Shown here in pieces: positions 37,236 through 51,100 of a stretch of DNA of 64,000 nt. Both the position numbers and the translations under genes were made by a program. Numbering within the stretch: position 1 is the first letter of the stretch; every line of letters starts with the position of its first letter. The notes under the pieces were generated by a model. It was not told the DNA's origin. It saw only the letters and a list, made by a program, of their open reading frames with translations, and did no database searches. The stretch comes from Takakia lepidozioides (Eukaryota; Plantae; Bryophyta). Where the stretch lies: contig CM060734.1 in NCBI GenBank assembly GCA_030704615.1, positions 24,180,001-24,244,000 of the forward strand, given 5' to 3'.

Positions 37236-38102
37236 TGTTAGAGGACTGTCTGGGACTTAGACACTTATACGGGATCTGTAGGGTACCCTTAATTTTGCAC
37301 AGACTGAGACCAACAGGAGCCTTAGGGGTGACAGCAGCGCACTGTAGAGGAGGGTTACACAGCCCGTCACAGTCGTCACAGCCGACATAGCCAACACAGC
37401 CCGTCACAGTTTCACACAGCCAGTCACAGCTTCACACAGCTGTCACGACCATAGGGAACAGAGAGCAGGACAGGGAACGACTGTGGGGAACCACACCTGC
37501 AAATGGAACATGTTAGTTCACGGACGACGGTTAGTGAGGAAAACGGTTAGAGCCACGGGTAGGAAGATAAAGGGAGAAGCAAGGACGGAGATGGGGGGAT
37601 TCTTGGAAGCACTGGAGGGGGAGGACTTTTGGGTCATGCATGGGAGGAGATCGGGCGGAGAGAAAGATCGGAAGCCAAGATGGAGAGCGCGGTGAAGGAG
37701 GAAAGAGGATTAGTAGATGCTTGTTATATGCAAAGCGGTAGTGATATAGTAGAGCAGATTAGAGACACAATGGCTTCGGCCTGATACCTGATAAATCCTA
37801 ATCGGATACTTATACGATACAATCACACTGTGTAGAGAGATCTGAGTGAAGCTGTGGAATGAATGGATGAGTTGATGGAATCCAATAGATTGATAAAGCA
37901 AACTGATACTTAATTATCAATGGTAAGGTAGCTAACATGAATGCCAAAAGGGAAACAAATAGGGAACACCCCCATGATACACTAGCTGTAGGTCATGACT
38001 GATTGTTCTGCGCGGGCTGAGTACTTAGAGATTTCCAACTCTTCTATCTTGGAGTTTCCGCCTCGGATAGCGAAGGGATGGGTGAGTAAAAGCAGCGCGA
38101 CA
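37236..38102 (+). repeat. 3' LTR of Athila-like element
   Basis: Matches the 5' LTR with a few substitutions and a 9-bp indel in the CACAGCC microrepeat. Confidence 0.97.
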
Positions 38103-38534
38103 GGAAGGGATGCCACACCCACCCCGAACAGCCACATTGGCTGTTTTGGAGCATGCGGACATCCACTCCTTAAGCACCCCCACTTGGAAGGATTCTGCAG
38201 ACCTACCCTGGTTGGAGTTATGAACCCATATAGCAAATGCGTACTCCAAGGCAAGTCCAATGACGCGACAAAGCCTAAATCAGATTTTCAACTTCAAGCT
38301 TTGCTTGGAAAATAAATGAATCACATACATAAATGGTGAAATGGTAAGATGGGATCAACCTTTCTATAAGGTTTTCTTGACCTCAAAGTTAATCCCTCTG
38401 TAGTGGAACAATTTAGTGAGATTCAACGCTTTGCCCTTCATGTTTGAACAACTTTATGGATATGTGCATCCCAGTTTCAGTTTGAGGAGAACTCAACGCC
38501 CAGAAAACATGAACACAAGTAGGGGTAGAACTCA

Positions 38535-38835
38535 CCCCATGCGCAACAGGTTTGTGCTGTTTGCGCATCTTCGGGAGAGACTCTGCAGATGGAGGTGCAG
38601 TTTCCGCCGAACTGTCCTCCACGTCGTCGTCGTCGCCCATGTTGTACCCGTTTGTGTCAGAATCCGAGCTCAAAGACCGCCCACCGTGCCGCCTTCCCTC
38701 TCGCACCAAGGCCATCTTCAGTGGATTCAGTCGAGCCAGGCGGGGGCTCCTTCGCACCGCGGGGTTGGAATGTGCAGAAGTGGGAGGAGGCGATGATGCC
38801 TCGGCGGTCGAGCGCTTCTTACTAGGCGTGGACAT
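38535..38835 (-). other. Probable first exon (low-complexity, RRSPRL) of the minus-strand TnpA-like gene
   Basis: ATG at 38835 and GG|GTGAGT donor near 38535. Linkage to the 22-23.5 kb remnant is inference. Confidence 0.35.
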
Positions 38836-40673
38836 AGACCATGAAAGACCAAGACGAGCAAGGAAGACCAAGACATGCAAAGGAGGAAAGAAGGACAAGG
38901 AGGGGGGAGTGTGATCACACACCCCCCCAAACTTGGGTGAAGATCCGGCCGTTGTTGTTTTCAAATAGGAACACGTGTCGTGCATCCGACACTATGGCCT
39001 TTTCGACTTTGAGACGTTTCAAAATAACCACTTACAATTCTCCAGACAACTAGATGTAGTGATTCACACAACTGACATGGATCCGTTAACTTTTTTTCGC
39101 TCAAAATTTGGCGAAGGAAACACACTGCAACGATGCCGTGTATGGCTCCGCTTTACATGCATTCTTGGAGAAAATGCGCATGATCAGAGAGAAGTGAACA
39201 CATTGCTCTGCCAAATAATTCAGCAAAAACAAACTCAACTGTAGTGGTCCTCCCATCGCAGAGAAGGGTCCATTTGACACCCATCGCACCATGCCAGGTT
39301 GAGGTCCTCATACACACACCTGCACACCGAGAATTTGCAAACCCACATCAGCCGGGAGAACATGGAAATTACCCCGTGGATCACATGCAAGCATGAATGG
39401 GAAATGGAAGGAGAATTGCATGGGAGATTTTGGTGTACCTGCGCGACATGCAACTCTGTCTACATACTCCATAAGTCACTGTCCCAAGACCCAAGTGGAC
39501 AGGGGAGGCCGGTGAGTCTATACCACAAATGGTAGTCATACAGCAGAGGGTACTGCCGCCCAACTCGCAAAAGCCGCCGGCTGCAGGATGCTAGGCATGC
39601 GGACTCCGGCAAAGCGCGCCTCCTTTGCACCCCACTCCGTCCCAACCAGTGCAAAACAACCGTGCATCCATTGACTGCCCTCTGGCTTTCTCTCCAGGCA
39701 TTTGGGGGTCTGCGATCTGCTACACATAAGTGTCTTTGAAGGCGATGATCAAAGGATCCGGTCACTTGCAGTTGCCGTCTCAAGGGCAGCATTGCAAGAA
39801 TCACAATTAAGTAAGAAAGATGGTGGAAGAAGCTGCAAACTGGAAATGAGTGAAGTGGCAAGGCGATGCTCCATTCTTAACATGCTCCCCTTCCCGCCAT
39901 GGTGATAGAGCCACACAAATGGACTCCCTTCCCGCCACGGTGCAATTTCAAGGCAACGGAACGGGATTGTCCGCCGAAACGTGATTTGGAGAGCGCAGCC
40001 GAATTCGTTATGGAATTCGACCTTCCAATACATGATTCCTCAATCCGTCTCGCTCTTCTGCTGAGGGTGGTGTGGGGCGAACTACCCCCTGCTACAAACT
40101 TTTGATCGTAATGCGATTTTGAGAGAGGAATCGATGCAGCCGGAATTTGTGCAAACGATGACCGGCGATGACTCGAGTTCCCTGCGCATGGCCTGAGACA
40201 AGTGGCGCAGGTTCTGGCCTTGTAGTCGGGTTGTTCGCACTTCAATGCACACATTTGATACACATTCGACCATATGCCGAAGATCACGACGTCCTGAATC
40301 CTGAAAATTGAAATTCCACGTACGTCCTCCAATTCCTCACATACACACGAACTGTAGAGGCAGGTGGTTTTCGAGGATGTCGTTGTTTGAGCCGATTTTG
40401 GTCATTTCTCTCAGTGTCTTGTTGAAAGGATTCCAGTTATGATGGGAAGCATCTTGATGGCTTTTAAATAGTTTGTTGTTGAGTGTAACTTTCCATCATG
40501 TTCTGGAATCTACCAGTTGGTATAAAATGTCACCTATCTTCTCTGCCAAAGGATGTGCGGCTGAACCTTTCAAATTGAGATTGCGGGAGGAGGGAATTGA
40601 CGGTAGTGAAATGGGAGTGGCAGAGCCAAATTGAGGAGTTTCTGCAGAGGAGAATCCGGCCCCCTGGAATGGC

Positions 40674-41630
40674 GTGCACAAACTGCATTGCAGAGGCTCC
40701 CCAACAAAAATGACTTCCCCTCGCCCATGCGGAGGACTTCCAATTAATCACCCTTGTAGACATGACACCCGGGATGACAGGTTGTGGGAAAGAGAAGTGG
40801 CACGTGCCCGAGCCCTTGGGCTTTCAAGGATGCCATGCCCATGGGAACGTTGTTTGGGCACTACAAGTAGATCTGAGGACGGTGTGCGCACACATCTCCT
40901 TCACCATAAAAGACACGAAGCATTTCGGGTGTGGATTGGAGATGGACCTGCAGACTCCGACGACGAGGAGTGGGCACAATTGGACAATGCACACCCCCGG
41001 GGGAGCCATACAGACAAGCCAGACCAGGACTATGTCATGGGCGCAGGACATGAACCAGGCATGGATGGAGGGGTGGAGATTACTCGAATGTTGTAGGAAG
41101 CATTCCACATCATGGACGATGGTGAAGAGGGGGACGGCGTTGCGACAACTGGGAATGGTGATGACGCAGGAAATGAAGGCATTCAGGTGGGGGAAGGCGT
41201 GGAAGGAGGTGGAAATGGAGATGAGAATTCGACGCACATGACACTAGAAGAAGCATGTGTGCCACTGTACGAGGGATGCAAATCCACAAAGCTTGCTGCC
41301 ACCATGCTCTTGATGAACCTGTGCACAACCCACGGTGTCTCAGACCATTTTGTGGACGAGTTGTTCTCTTTGCTTCAGCTGAACTTGCTTCCACAACCAA
41401 ATGAAATGCCAAAAACCTGTCACATGGCCAACAAAATGTTTGGGAAGCTCGGCCTCAACTACACAAAAATACATGCATGTCCAAAAGGACATGTACTTTT
41501 CAGAAGAGAGTACAAGGACGCTATGGAGTGCCCCAAATGCAGTGCAGCCCGGTACTTGAATGTGGGCAGGTTACAATAGCCAGCCAAGGTGTTGAGGCAC
41601 TTTCCCCTTATCCCCCGTCTATTACGAATG
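40674..41630 (+). pseudogene. CACTA TnpD/Tnp2 transposase, N-terminal fragment
   Basis: MPCPWERC..VRTHLLHH..FRVW (transposase-associated domain); LYEGCKSTKL..HGVSD..LLPQPNEMP..KIHACPKGHVLF..CPKCSAARY..PAKVLRHFPLIPRL. Stops at 41094 and 41577; truncated. Confidence 0.9.
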
Positions 41631-43189
41631 TCAATAAGTGGAGACTGTCCCCTAACTTGAACTCCAGCATGCACAAACCTATGTTATAGTGTGGAGGAGT
41701 CTTGCAAATCCAACTCATGCCACATCAATCAATAACAAAATACCCAAATACCATTACAGTCACTATACGAACTTTCAAGTGGCCGCCGTGGGTTATATCT
41801 TGGTGGGTTAAGGCTAGCTTTCGGTAACATTCACGTAAGTTAGTCCAAGGCTCTATCTAAAGTAGCACCATGAGAAACATACAACGTCCAAATTTAAGAT
41901 GTTGAACAAATTTGTGCATGTCAGGGCTGCCCCTCCAATTCGTCATGAATGCTATTCACTTTCTATCTTTAAGCTTTGGAGAAGCTCCACCACCCCACAC
42001 CAGAATTAGGACAATATTTTGATCTCCTTCCACTACCACCAGAGTCAGTCAAAATCCCCTCTACCTGCTCCAGTCAAGTGCAATTATGGGCTAACTTCCC
42101 GCGCACCTATATATGTTATGTCATGCACCTAAGCATCGTGCCACAATATACATCGCTGTCCAGCCACACTCCCTAGCACACAATCCTAGAAAGCTATGCT
42201 AAAACAAGTAAGGAATGACAGAAGCGGAATGCAATGGAAAACCTTCAAGCATGAAACCACCACATGCTAAGGAGCAAACCCAACTATTTCAAGTGTAAAC
42301 CCACTCTATCACTCAATGTAAGTTAAGCCAATGACACCTTTGCTAAAGAAATCCACCATACAGACCTCACACACTCTACCACTCAAGAATTAGAGCTATG
42401 GCGGTGAGAGAAGCCTGAGGAGGTTCGACTAGAAGAAGATGAGTCTTCCTGAGCCTCACGTGGAGATAAGCCTCTCCAAATCCCAAGTGAGATTTGCCAC
42501 CTCACTTAATACATAGGACCAAATGAAGTCCCAATGCCCCTATCAGTAATATTTTCCTTGTAATGGATGGGATAGACGTAAGTTGTACATGCAGTGACGA
42601 TTAGGATGTGGGGGTTGATTTTGCAAACAGTGACAGTGACACATGTTACATGTCATTTTTTGCAAGACAATTGTGGTGGAGGTGGAAGTCTCTTTGGACC
42701 CCTACCTCTTAATCATGTGAAGTTCAAGTAAAACTGCACATGTCTGGCTGGTAACACCACTTATAGAGTCTTAGCCATTTCTCCGAAACTATTTCTCGGG
42801 CTACAACCCTTATTTTTTGTTCTTGGGCAGGCCCCACTAGATAACATAGCAACAACTATTGACTTCCGCTCTTGACTAATATCACAAGGCTTTGTGAGAA
42901 ACGCCAGCTCTTGACTTCCGCTCTCGGTTTCTGGTTGTGCCGTTTTGACAATATGACAATGAAGATCTTATTTTTGAATTCGCCGAGCCTGTTAGCTTAC
43001 ACCTATGCATGCAAGTGATGTTCTGCTTTGGCTACTGTGGGTGTGTATATTGTGTATGTATTCAATCGTATATATCTATATGTATATATATGTATATTTG
43101 GGTTATATTTATGTAAATATAATTCAAATATACTTGCATGGTTAATGTCAATTGTATCACACCTCCCAACATGTATACAATGTCATACA

Positions 43190-43700
43190 AACGTCGAATA
43201 TATGACAGCATATTTCACACACACACATTGTGGACAGTTTCACACTACATGATTCCTAAGATGTAATATCGTCCACACTGATGTGGAACAATTCAACCAA
43301 ACTGGAGTGACATATTCCACCCTGACCTCCACGTGTCGGCACATCATTGTGGCACGTCATGCCTTCATACCCGACTTCCATCAACGTACATGGCCAAATT
43401 TGATTGGATATCTCTAACCGCACGTGTCATGCTTCAATCACGACACGCGCCCGTCTGTGCCACTTGACACGTGTCAATTAGTGTCGTCAGAGTGTGGCAT
43501 GACTTATCCCACACCTGGCCATGTCACCTGTGAGAAACACATAATGGCTTTTGTCACAAAGTCATTTTAAAGCCATGTGGAACCACAGGGGGAGGAATCA
43601 ACATGTCTATACTTATGTTTTTGTGGTATGTGGAATATGGGTTTTTTCACGCCAAAAAGTGTGAAAACAGGTGTGGAAAAAATCCATTTCTCCTCTAGTG
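43190..43700 (-). mobile_element. CACTA right terminus (TIR plus subterminal region)
   Basis: Reverse complement reads CACTAGAGGAGAAATGGATTTTTTCCAC, similar to the CACTA end at 52405. It abruptly truncates a gypsy integrase frame (QLHP|). Confidence 0.75.
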
Positions 43701-44995
43701 GATGCAATTGTGGAGTAGGTGCATTAAAGGAAGCACACACCCTATCACACACCATGCACCTTGCCACTAATTGTTGCACATCCGTGTGCATCCCTGCTAG
43801 TGGTACTGCCCTTGCAGCAAACCATGAGTGCGTCGCACCCCAAAATGTCCCAACTCTTCATGGGCACGGCGTACCAATCGCACTATTTGTGTTGGGAAAG
43901 GCACAATCATCACTCGTCCATCCTCCCATACTTGGAGTAGGTGAGTTCCCTCCCACTTGAACCTCTTGGCTCGTTGTAGGATCCGATCTCTCTCCTTATT
44001 GCTGTTTCTCAGGTACGAAGATATGCCAACATTGCTGCATCTTCATGCACATCCTTAACACCATCAAGCTCATCACTAATCTCTGGATCATCATGCACAC
44101 TATCTATATGACCAATCCCATGGGATGGACCAGCTTGAGCTCCCACTTCTAGAATGCACAAAAAAAAACAGATGTATGTCATTCTGACATCATCTCCTCA
44201 TCCGTCTCACCATGCCACCAAGCTCCAGTATCATCATGCTCGCTCGTGCATGGATTACGACTCAACCAATCTGCATCCCAATTGACTACATTGGCTCGAT
44301 GCACTACCTGAAAGTCATACTCTTGAAGTATAAGTGCCCATCGTGCAAGCTTCCTTGTAAGCTTGTTTGACTCCATCAACCACTTTAATGGTTAGTGATT
44401 CGTGACAAGGGTGAAGAAATTGCCTTAGAGGTAGTATCTAAAATGTGCTACTGCCCATACTGCAACTAGATACTCCTCTTCATATGAGCTATACTTCGCC
44501 TCAGCATCATTGTTCGAGCGGCTGGCATATGCCACTACGAACTATCTTCCCTCATCATCCACATGTGTGGGCACTGCTCCAATCCCCAGCATATTCCAAT
44601 CCGTATGTAGCTGGAACTTGGCCGTCCCCAAATAGGCCGCCTCAGGATAGGCGCAGAAGTCAATAGAGCTTTGAGTTCCGAGCAAAGGTTTCGTCCTGCT
44701 CCTCCTCCCACTGCCATTCTTGACCTACCTTTGTCAACTTGGTAAGAACCTTTGCAATGCTGCTAAATCCCTTGACAAACCGTCGATAGTAATTTGCCAA
44801 CCCCATGAAAGCACGAACTCTGTTTACATCTATGGGGCATGGAATGCGTGGAACGGCCCCCACCTTTGTCTGTTGAACACCCAATCCTCTAGGGTATATC
44901 ATGTGGCCTAGCTACTCAATCTGGTTGTGGAAGAATCTCATGGTGCTTTTCAACCCATGCACTTTCAAGCGTTCAAACACAATTTGAAGATGTCA
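43701..44995 (-). pseudogene. Degenerate Ty3/gypsy pol fragment (RT-RH-INT Zn finger)
   Basis: VRAFMGLANYYRRFVKGFS, KLARWALILQEYDFQVVH, CMVCDR. Confidence 0.85.
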
Positions 44996-45117
44996 CTCTT
45001 TTTGTTGTCATTCTCAGAGTGGGTGGGAAAGATTTGACATGCAAAAAACCGGCATTCCATGCTATCAAAGATCGTATGCATGCATTAAGTGCTTAGCAAA
45101 TTTTCAAGTTCCTATTG

Positions 45118-48100
45118 TGTCGCGGCCCTTTGCCTTGAGGGCAGGGGGTCGGGACACATGAGGGGCTGCCCCTGTGGTGGGGGCAGCGGCAGCGATAGGT
45201 ATGGGGGGCTGAGGCACCCTTGAGTGCCCAAGGCACTCAGGGAAGCGGAGGCGCTCACTAGGTGGAGCCCCGCACACCGGGTTGCGGTGGGGGTGGCTCC
45301 ACAAGGGGTGGTGGTAGCTTAGTGGGACTTAGTGGGGGTGGCATAGGACTCACCATGGGGGCGGAGACCTCGTGGTGGGAGTCGTGGGGAGTCTTGGGAC
45401 TCATCACGGTCCATAGGGGCCGTGGTGAGCGGGCCAAGACTCACCGCGACTCACCACCGGGAATCGAGGGTCTTCGTGGTGGTTCGCCATAAAATGGCAT
45501 GGCTGGTTGTGAAACCCCCGCGGACAGCTACAGAAGTATATATAGGGAGTAGTAACCCCGAGAACGGTGCAAGCCCGTTGGTGACCAAAAGCTAGTGAGT
45601 AAGCGAGCGAGCCGGAAAGCGACCAAAGAGTGGGGAGCTGTTCCGGACTGCCATCTACCAAAGGGAATTCTCCTAGTCCCAATTAGGTGGAGGGTTTTAG
45701 AGGGAAGCGAAAGGGGACCGTTATGTCCCGGTGAGCAGCCGAAGCTCCAAGTTGGCCCGGGCGGCCAGGTTGGGAGTCAGGCGCGCGCATCAAAGCGAGT
45801 AACTATGACTTGAAGGGGAGTTTACCGAAGTGGGGTGCGCGACACTTGGTATCAGAGCTTAGAGTTCAGTACGCGATCGTCCTTGGGATTGGCCTCATCA
45901 TGGGGTCGGGCAAGCCGAAGCGAAAGCGGAACGGCCCAAAAGATGATGATCCCGGTGAGCCCGATGGGGGCAGCGTGTCACTGAGGCGGCCGTTTGAGGA
46001 AGCGATGCATGTTTCCGAAAACGAGGCCGCCCAAGAGCGGGAGGAATCCGAGGAGTCGGAGCCTGAGGAATCCTTGAGAGCTCCGACAAACCAAGAGATG
46101 TCTCCCATGCCGGCAGCCTTTTGGGAAGGGTTGTTGGCGCAGTTTGGCGGGACGTTGAAAGACGTGTTGAAGGCGGCTAATGCCACTTCCGCTAAGGCAA
46201 AGTTTAAGGTGAAGCCTAAGGAACCCGGCACCTTCGAGGGCGTCTGAAATCGGAAGGCACTCAACACCTGGCTCTTGGAGCTAGAGCAGTACTTCCGGGC
46301 GGCCAAGTTGAGTGACGAGGATCGGGTGGAAGTGGCTCCCACCTATTTGAGGGGCTATGCTCAACAATGGTGGCAGAAACGCCTTCACGACCGAGGTCCA
46401 AGTCCGGAAACCTTGAACTGGAGTGGGTTCAAGGAATTGTTGAAGAGACAGTTTGTGCCCCTCAACGCGTCCTGGCTTGCCCGGGACAAGATGAGGAATT
46501 TGAAGCAAACATATGACATTCGGGGGTATGTCCAGGCTTTCAATGTGCTGTTGCTTGAAGTCGCGGACATGGCAGAACCAGAAATGGTCTTCAACTTTGT
46601 GGCGGGACTGGCCCCATGGGCCAGGCGGAAGTTGGAGGAGAAGCCACCCAAGACTTTGAACGAGGCAATTGAGAGGGCTGAATGTTTCTCGGATGTCCCT
46701 AGGGGTGAAAGACAAGGCCGTACGGAGTTGAACCACAAGAAGATTCGGCGGGAAGGTGAATCCTTCCGACCGAAAAAAAAGTGGGATAGGCCACGCGGCG
46801 AAAATGGCACGTGGAAATCAAAGGGAGGGCCTTCACACGTCAAGGCGGCACCCGGTGCTTCGAAAGGAAAAGCGGGTAGAGCGGCTTATGGCAGACAGAA
46901 GGCGACCTTTGATGGAGTATGTTTCAATTGCGGGGAGCCCGGGCACATGGCCAAGAAGTGCACGAAGCCCCGACAATTGAACATGACTCGGGCGACCACG
47001 GAGCTGTCGGAAGATACCATCAGTCGCTTGGTGGAAGCGGTGGTCGCCAGGACTTGCAAGGTAGGCAAATTTTCTTGTGAGTTGTATCAGGAAACTGGCG
47101 CCTTACGAAAAGGGAGTCAGTTATTGTTCGTGGATGGGATAATATCCGGAACTAATGTGTCGTTGTTGGTGGACACAGGAGCGTCGCACTCCTTCATGAC
47201 ACCGACAACGGCACAAAGGCTGGGACTCCCGACAAGTGACGTTGGGGCCTCTATTGAGGTGCGTTCTGCCAAAGGAGAACCGCAATTGGCGACGAGGTTG
47301 GCGTGCGATGTTCCTCTTCAACTGGGGAGTTGGGAGGGACGTGAGAACTTCACCGTCTGCGAGATCGATGGAGTGGATCTCATTTTGGGGATGACCTTTT
47401 TGAGCAAATCCGGAGCGGTCATAGATGGCCGCAAGAGAGTAGTCACGCTGCCATGTGGGAATGGTGGCGAGGTCTTACGAGTGTCGGAAACGCCCAAATC
47501 CGTGGGAGGGCGAATAAACCTTCTGTCAGCAAGGGAGTGGGCCGTGGAGGAGGCACACGAACCCCAGTTCTTGCTTTATATTAGAGAAGTGAAGGGAGAA
47601 GGCGATGGGGAGCCGAGCCCAGATTGGATCAAGGGGATTTTGGAGAAATACCAGGATGTGATGCCGGAGGATTTACCGAGCGGCTTGCCACCGCGAAGAG
47701 GAGTTGACCACAAGATTGAGGTGATACCGGGATCGGAACCGCCTGCCAAGGCGCCCTACCGGTTGAGCCACAGAGAGTTGGTCGAGCTGAAGACTCAGCT
47801 CAAGGATCTAATGTCAAAGGGGTACATCCGGCCGAGTAAGTCACCTTACGGAGCCCCGGTGCTATTTGCAGACAAGAAGGATGGGACGCTGCGGATGTGT
47901 GTCGATTACAGGGCTCTGAATAAGGTGACTATCAAAAACCGGTACCCTTTGCCAAGGATCGACGACCTCTTCGATCGGTTGGCAGGAGCGAAGTATTTCA
48001 GCCGGATCGACTTGCGCTCCGGCTATCACCAAATTCGGGTGGCGGAAGGAGATGAGGAGAAGACTGCGTGCAGGACAAGGTATGGTTCATATGAGTTCTT

Positions 48101-51100
48101 GGTGATGCCTTTTGGGCTCACCAATGCACCAGCGACATTTAGCACGCTGATGAACAGCCTTTTCCAGGAGTGGTTGGATGACTTTGTGATCGTGTACATC
48201 GACGATATCTTGGTGTACTCGAAAACAAAGGAGGAGCACTTGGAGCACCTCACAAGGGTGTTCCAAAAATTGCGAGAATGGAAGCTGTATGCCAAAGCTT
48301 CAAAGTGCGAATTCGGGGTCACAAAAGTGGAGTTCTTGGGGCATGTGATTACACAGGATGGGATCAAAATGGATGACAGAAAGGTGAGGGCGATCTTGGA
48401 TTGGGAGCCTCCGACTTCGGTCCCGGGAGTGCGATCCTTCCTAGGACTCGCCTCATATTACCGGAAGTATGTGAGAAATTTTGCCAAGATCGCGGGGCCG
48501 CTGTCGGACCTTCTGTGTAAATCCAAAGTCTGGGTATGGAACACATTTTGTGGCCAAGCTTTTGCTGAATTGAAGCAGCGGATGACGGAAGCTCCAGTCT
48601 TGAAAATCCCAGAGTTCGATCGTCCGTTTGAGATTCATACAGATGCATCGGACTTCGCGATTGGGGGTGTACTTATGCAAGACGGACGTCCAGTGGCTTA
48701 CGAAAGTAAGAAACTGAATAAAGTGGAGCGACGGTGGCCGACGCACGAAAAAGAGATGAAGGCGGTGGTGCATTGCCTTGAGCTCTGGCGCCACTATGTT
48801 GGTTCCAACCCAGTGAAGGTGTTCACGGACAATGTCACGGTGAAGTATTTTGCCACGCAGCCCAAGTTGTCCCCAAAACAACTTAGGTGGCAAGATACTT
48901 TGGCAGTGTTCGACGTGGATATCCAGTACAAATCGGGACGGGACAATGTGGTGGCCGATGCTTTAAGTAGAAAGCAGCAGCTCTTGTTGGTGTACAAGGG
49001 CGAGACGGCGCTCCAAAGGAAGATCCGGAAGGCTTGCCGGAAGGATGAGCTGGCAAAGTCCGTGATGCAGGACTTGAGGACGGGGGTTAAATCGCAGTTC
49101 CACTTGCAAAATGGACTGCTCCGGTATAAGCAAAAACGTCTCTACGTGCCGAAGGGAGGGATCAGGGATAGCCTCTTGAGAGAATGCCATGATAGCCCGC
49201 TTGCGGGCCACGGCGGAGCCAAGCGCACTGCGGCACTCTTGAAGAAGAGTATTTCTGGCCCAAACTGAGGGAGGAGGCAGAGGAGTATGTCAAGACATGC
49301 ACCACATGCCAACAAAACCGGAGCGAGTACAAAAAGCAAGCGGGGCTGTTACAACCCTTGCCGATTCCAGAGGGGACTTGGGAAAGCGTCTCGATGGATT
49401 TCATGACTGCTATGCCGCTGTCAAAAGGATTCGATGCAATCATGGTGGTGGTGGATAGGTTCAGTAAAATGGGCCATTTCATCCCCACCAAGGAGACGGC
49501 AACGGCGCAGGAGACAGGGCGACTTTACTTCGCCCACGTCTTAAAGCATCATGGAGTCCCGAAGGATATTGTCTCGGATCGTGATCCAAAGTTTACGAAT
49601 AAATTTTGGAGGACACTTTGGAAGAAGATGGGGACGAGGCTGAAGATGAGCACCGCCTTCCGACCTACGACGGACGGCCAAACGGAAAGAGTGAATTCCG
49701 TAGTGAAGCAATTCTTGCGGAATTACGTGTCGGCAGACCAATCAGACTGGATGGAACACTTAGACGCGGCAGAGTTCTGTTATAATAACACAGAACACTC
49801 CGCAACAGGAGTTTCCCCTTTCGTATTGGTCTATGGAAAAGCACCTATGGTGCCGACAAGTTGGGCCGCCCAGGATGTTGAGGAACCGGCAGTAGCGGCG
49901 GTACTGGAAGAACGCGAGCGTTTGTTGAAGCTTGCAAAGTACAACATTGCCAAAGCTAGGAAACGGTATGAAAGACAGGCGAATCGGAAGCGGAGGGAAG
50001 TGAAGTTTGAGGCAGGCACAGAGGTCTGGTTGAACGTCAAGAATTTCCGACTACCTCCGGAAGTGAGTCCGAAGTTCGTACCTCCGTATGCGGGACCCTT
50101 TCGCATTCGGAAGGTTATGAATGAGGATGTGTATGAATTGGAGCTGCCGGCAAACAGCAAGGTGCACCTAGTATTCCATGTCTCCCTTTTGAAGCCTTAC
50201 TTCAAAGATGAAGCGCGTCCGAATCGACATCAAGTGTTGCGTCCGCCACCTATGCTGTTGGATCATGAAAATGAACCTGAGTACGAGGTGGAGGCAATAC
50301 TTAAGTCGAGGAGGTTCAAGAACCGAGAAACGGAGTATCTCGTCAAATGGAAGGGCTATCATCATGTGGAGGCATCTTGGGTGCGTGCCTCAGAAATGGG
50401 AAACGCATCCGAGGCGGTTGCAGCTTTCGAAGGGCGACCTCAAAAGCGGAAGAAGCGTTGATGGGGACAACAACCTTGGAGCGTGGGGGAGGAAATGCAT
50501 GCTTAGCCCGGTTTAGCTAGCTCAGGAATCCGATTGCAAAAACTTGTATTGTACAAAAATTTGTTATAAAGGAAATGGGTTCCAAATATTGTGCGTCCTA
50601 TTGTGTTTGGAATGGTGATGCATGGTGTGGTTGGCTAGTGTGTAGAATACATGCTAGCTTACAAAAGTGGGAGAGGTAAATTGGGTTAATCGTGTGTTTG
50701 CGCAGTGCCGAAATCGGGTGACTTCCATCCAAGGGGCAAGGAAACTTGCGCCTTCTTTGGGAGTTCACGTGCTAGTGCGCACCTGGCGCGTGCGCGTACT
50801 ATAACTGCGCTACCGAGGGGGTTGCCTTGTAGTGCGGGCTAACGTGGAAGCTACGTGCTTCCGTTCACGTACTATAATCGTGTAACCTCGGGACGAAGTC
50901 GTAGTGCGGCTTCGGCGTGTTCCCGTACCTCAGGCCATCATTCCAAGGCGGACCCAATTGTAGTGATTGGGGCGCACGGTTGGTTCAAGGTTATCTTCCT
51001 AGTCAAAGAGGGTTCCAGGTGAACCCTTGCTCAAGGTGATGCCAAAGCGGCATCATGAGCGATCGCAAGCAATGTTGTTGCAGTAAGGCGATTCGATCCT

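Larger units (their letters stand above)
25053..38102 (+). mobile_element. Full-length Ty3/gypsy LTR retrotransposon, Athila-like non-chromovirus
   Basis: Near-identical TG..CA LTRs; TSD GGAAG (25048-25052 and 38103-38107); PBS-like TGGCGACC at 25913; PPT at 37219-37232; gag-PR-RT-RH-INT order. Confidence 0.97.

Noticed and set aside
39100-40500. Additional cargo genes between the CACTA genes
   Set aside because: Only short ORFs with no recognisable motif or internal paralog.
41629-42950. Solo LTR (TGTCAA...TTGACA) truncating the CACTA transposase
   Set aside because: Flanks ACGAA and ATATG do not form a TSD and there is no second copy in the window; unproven.
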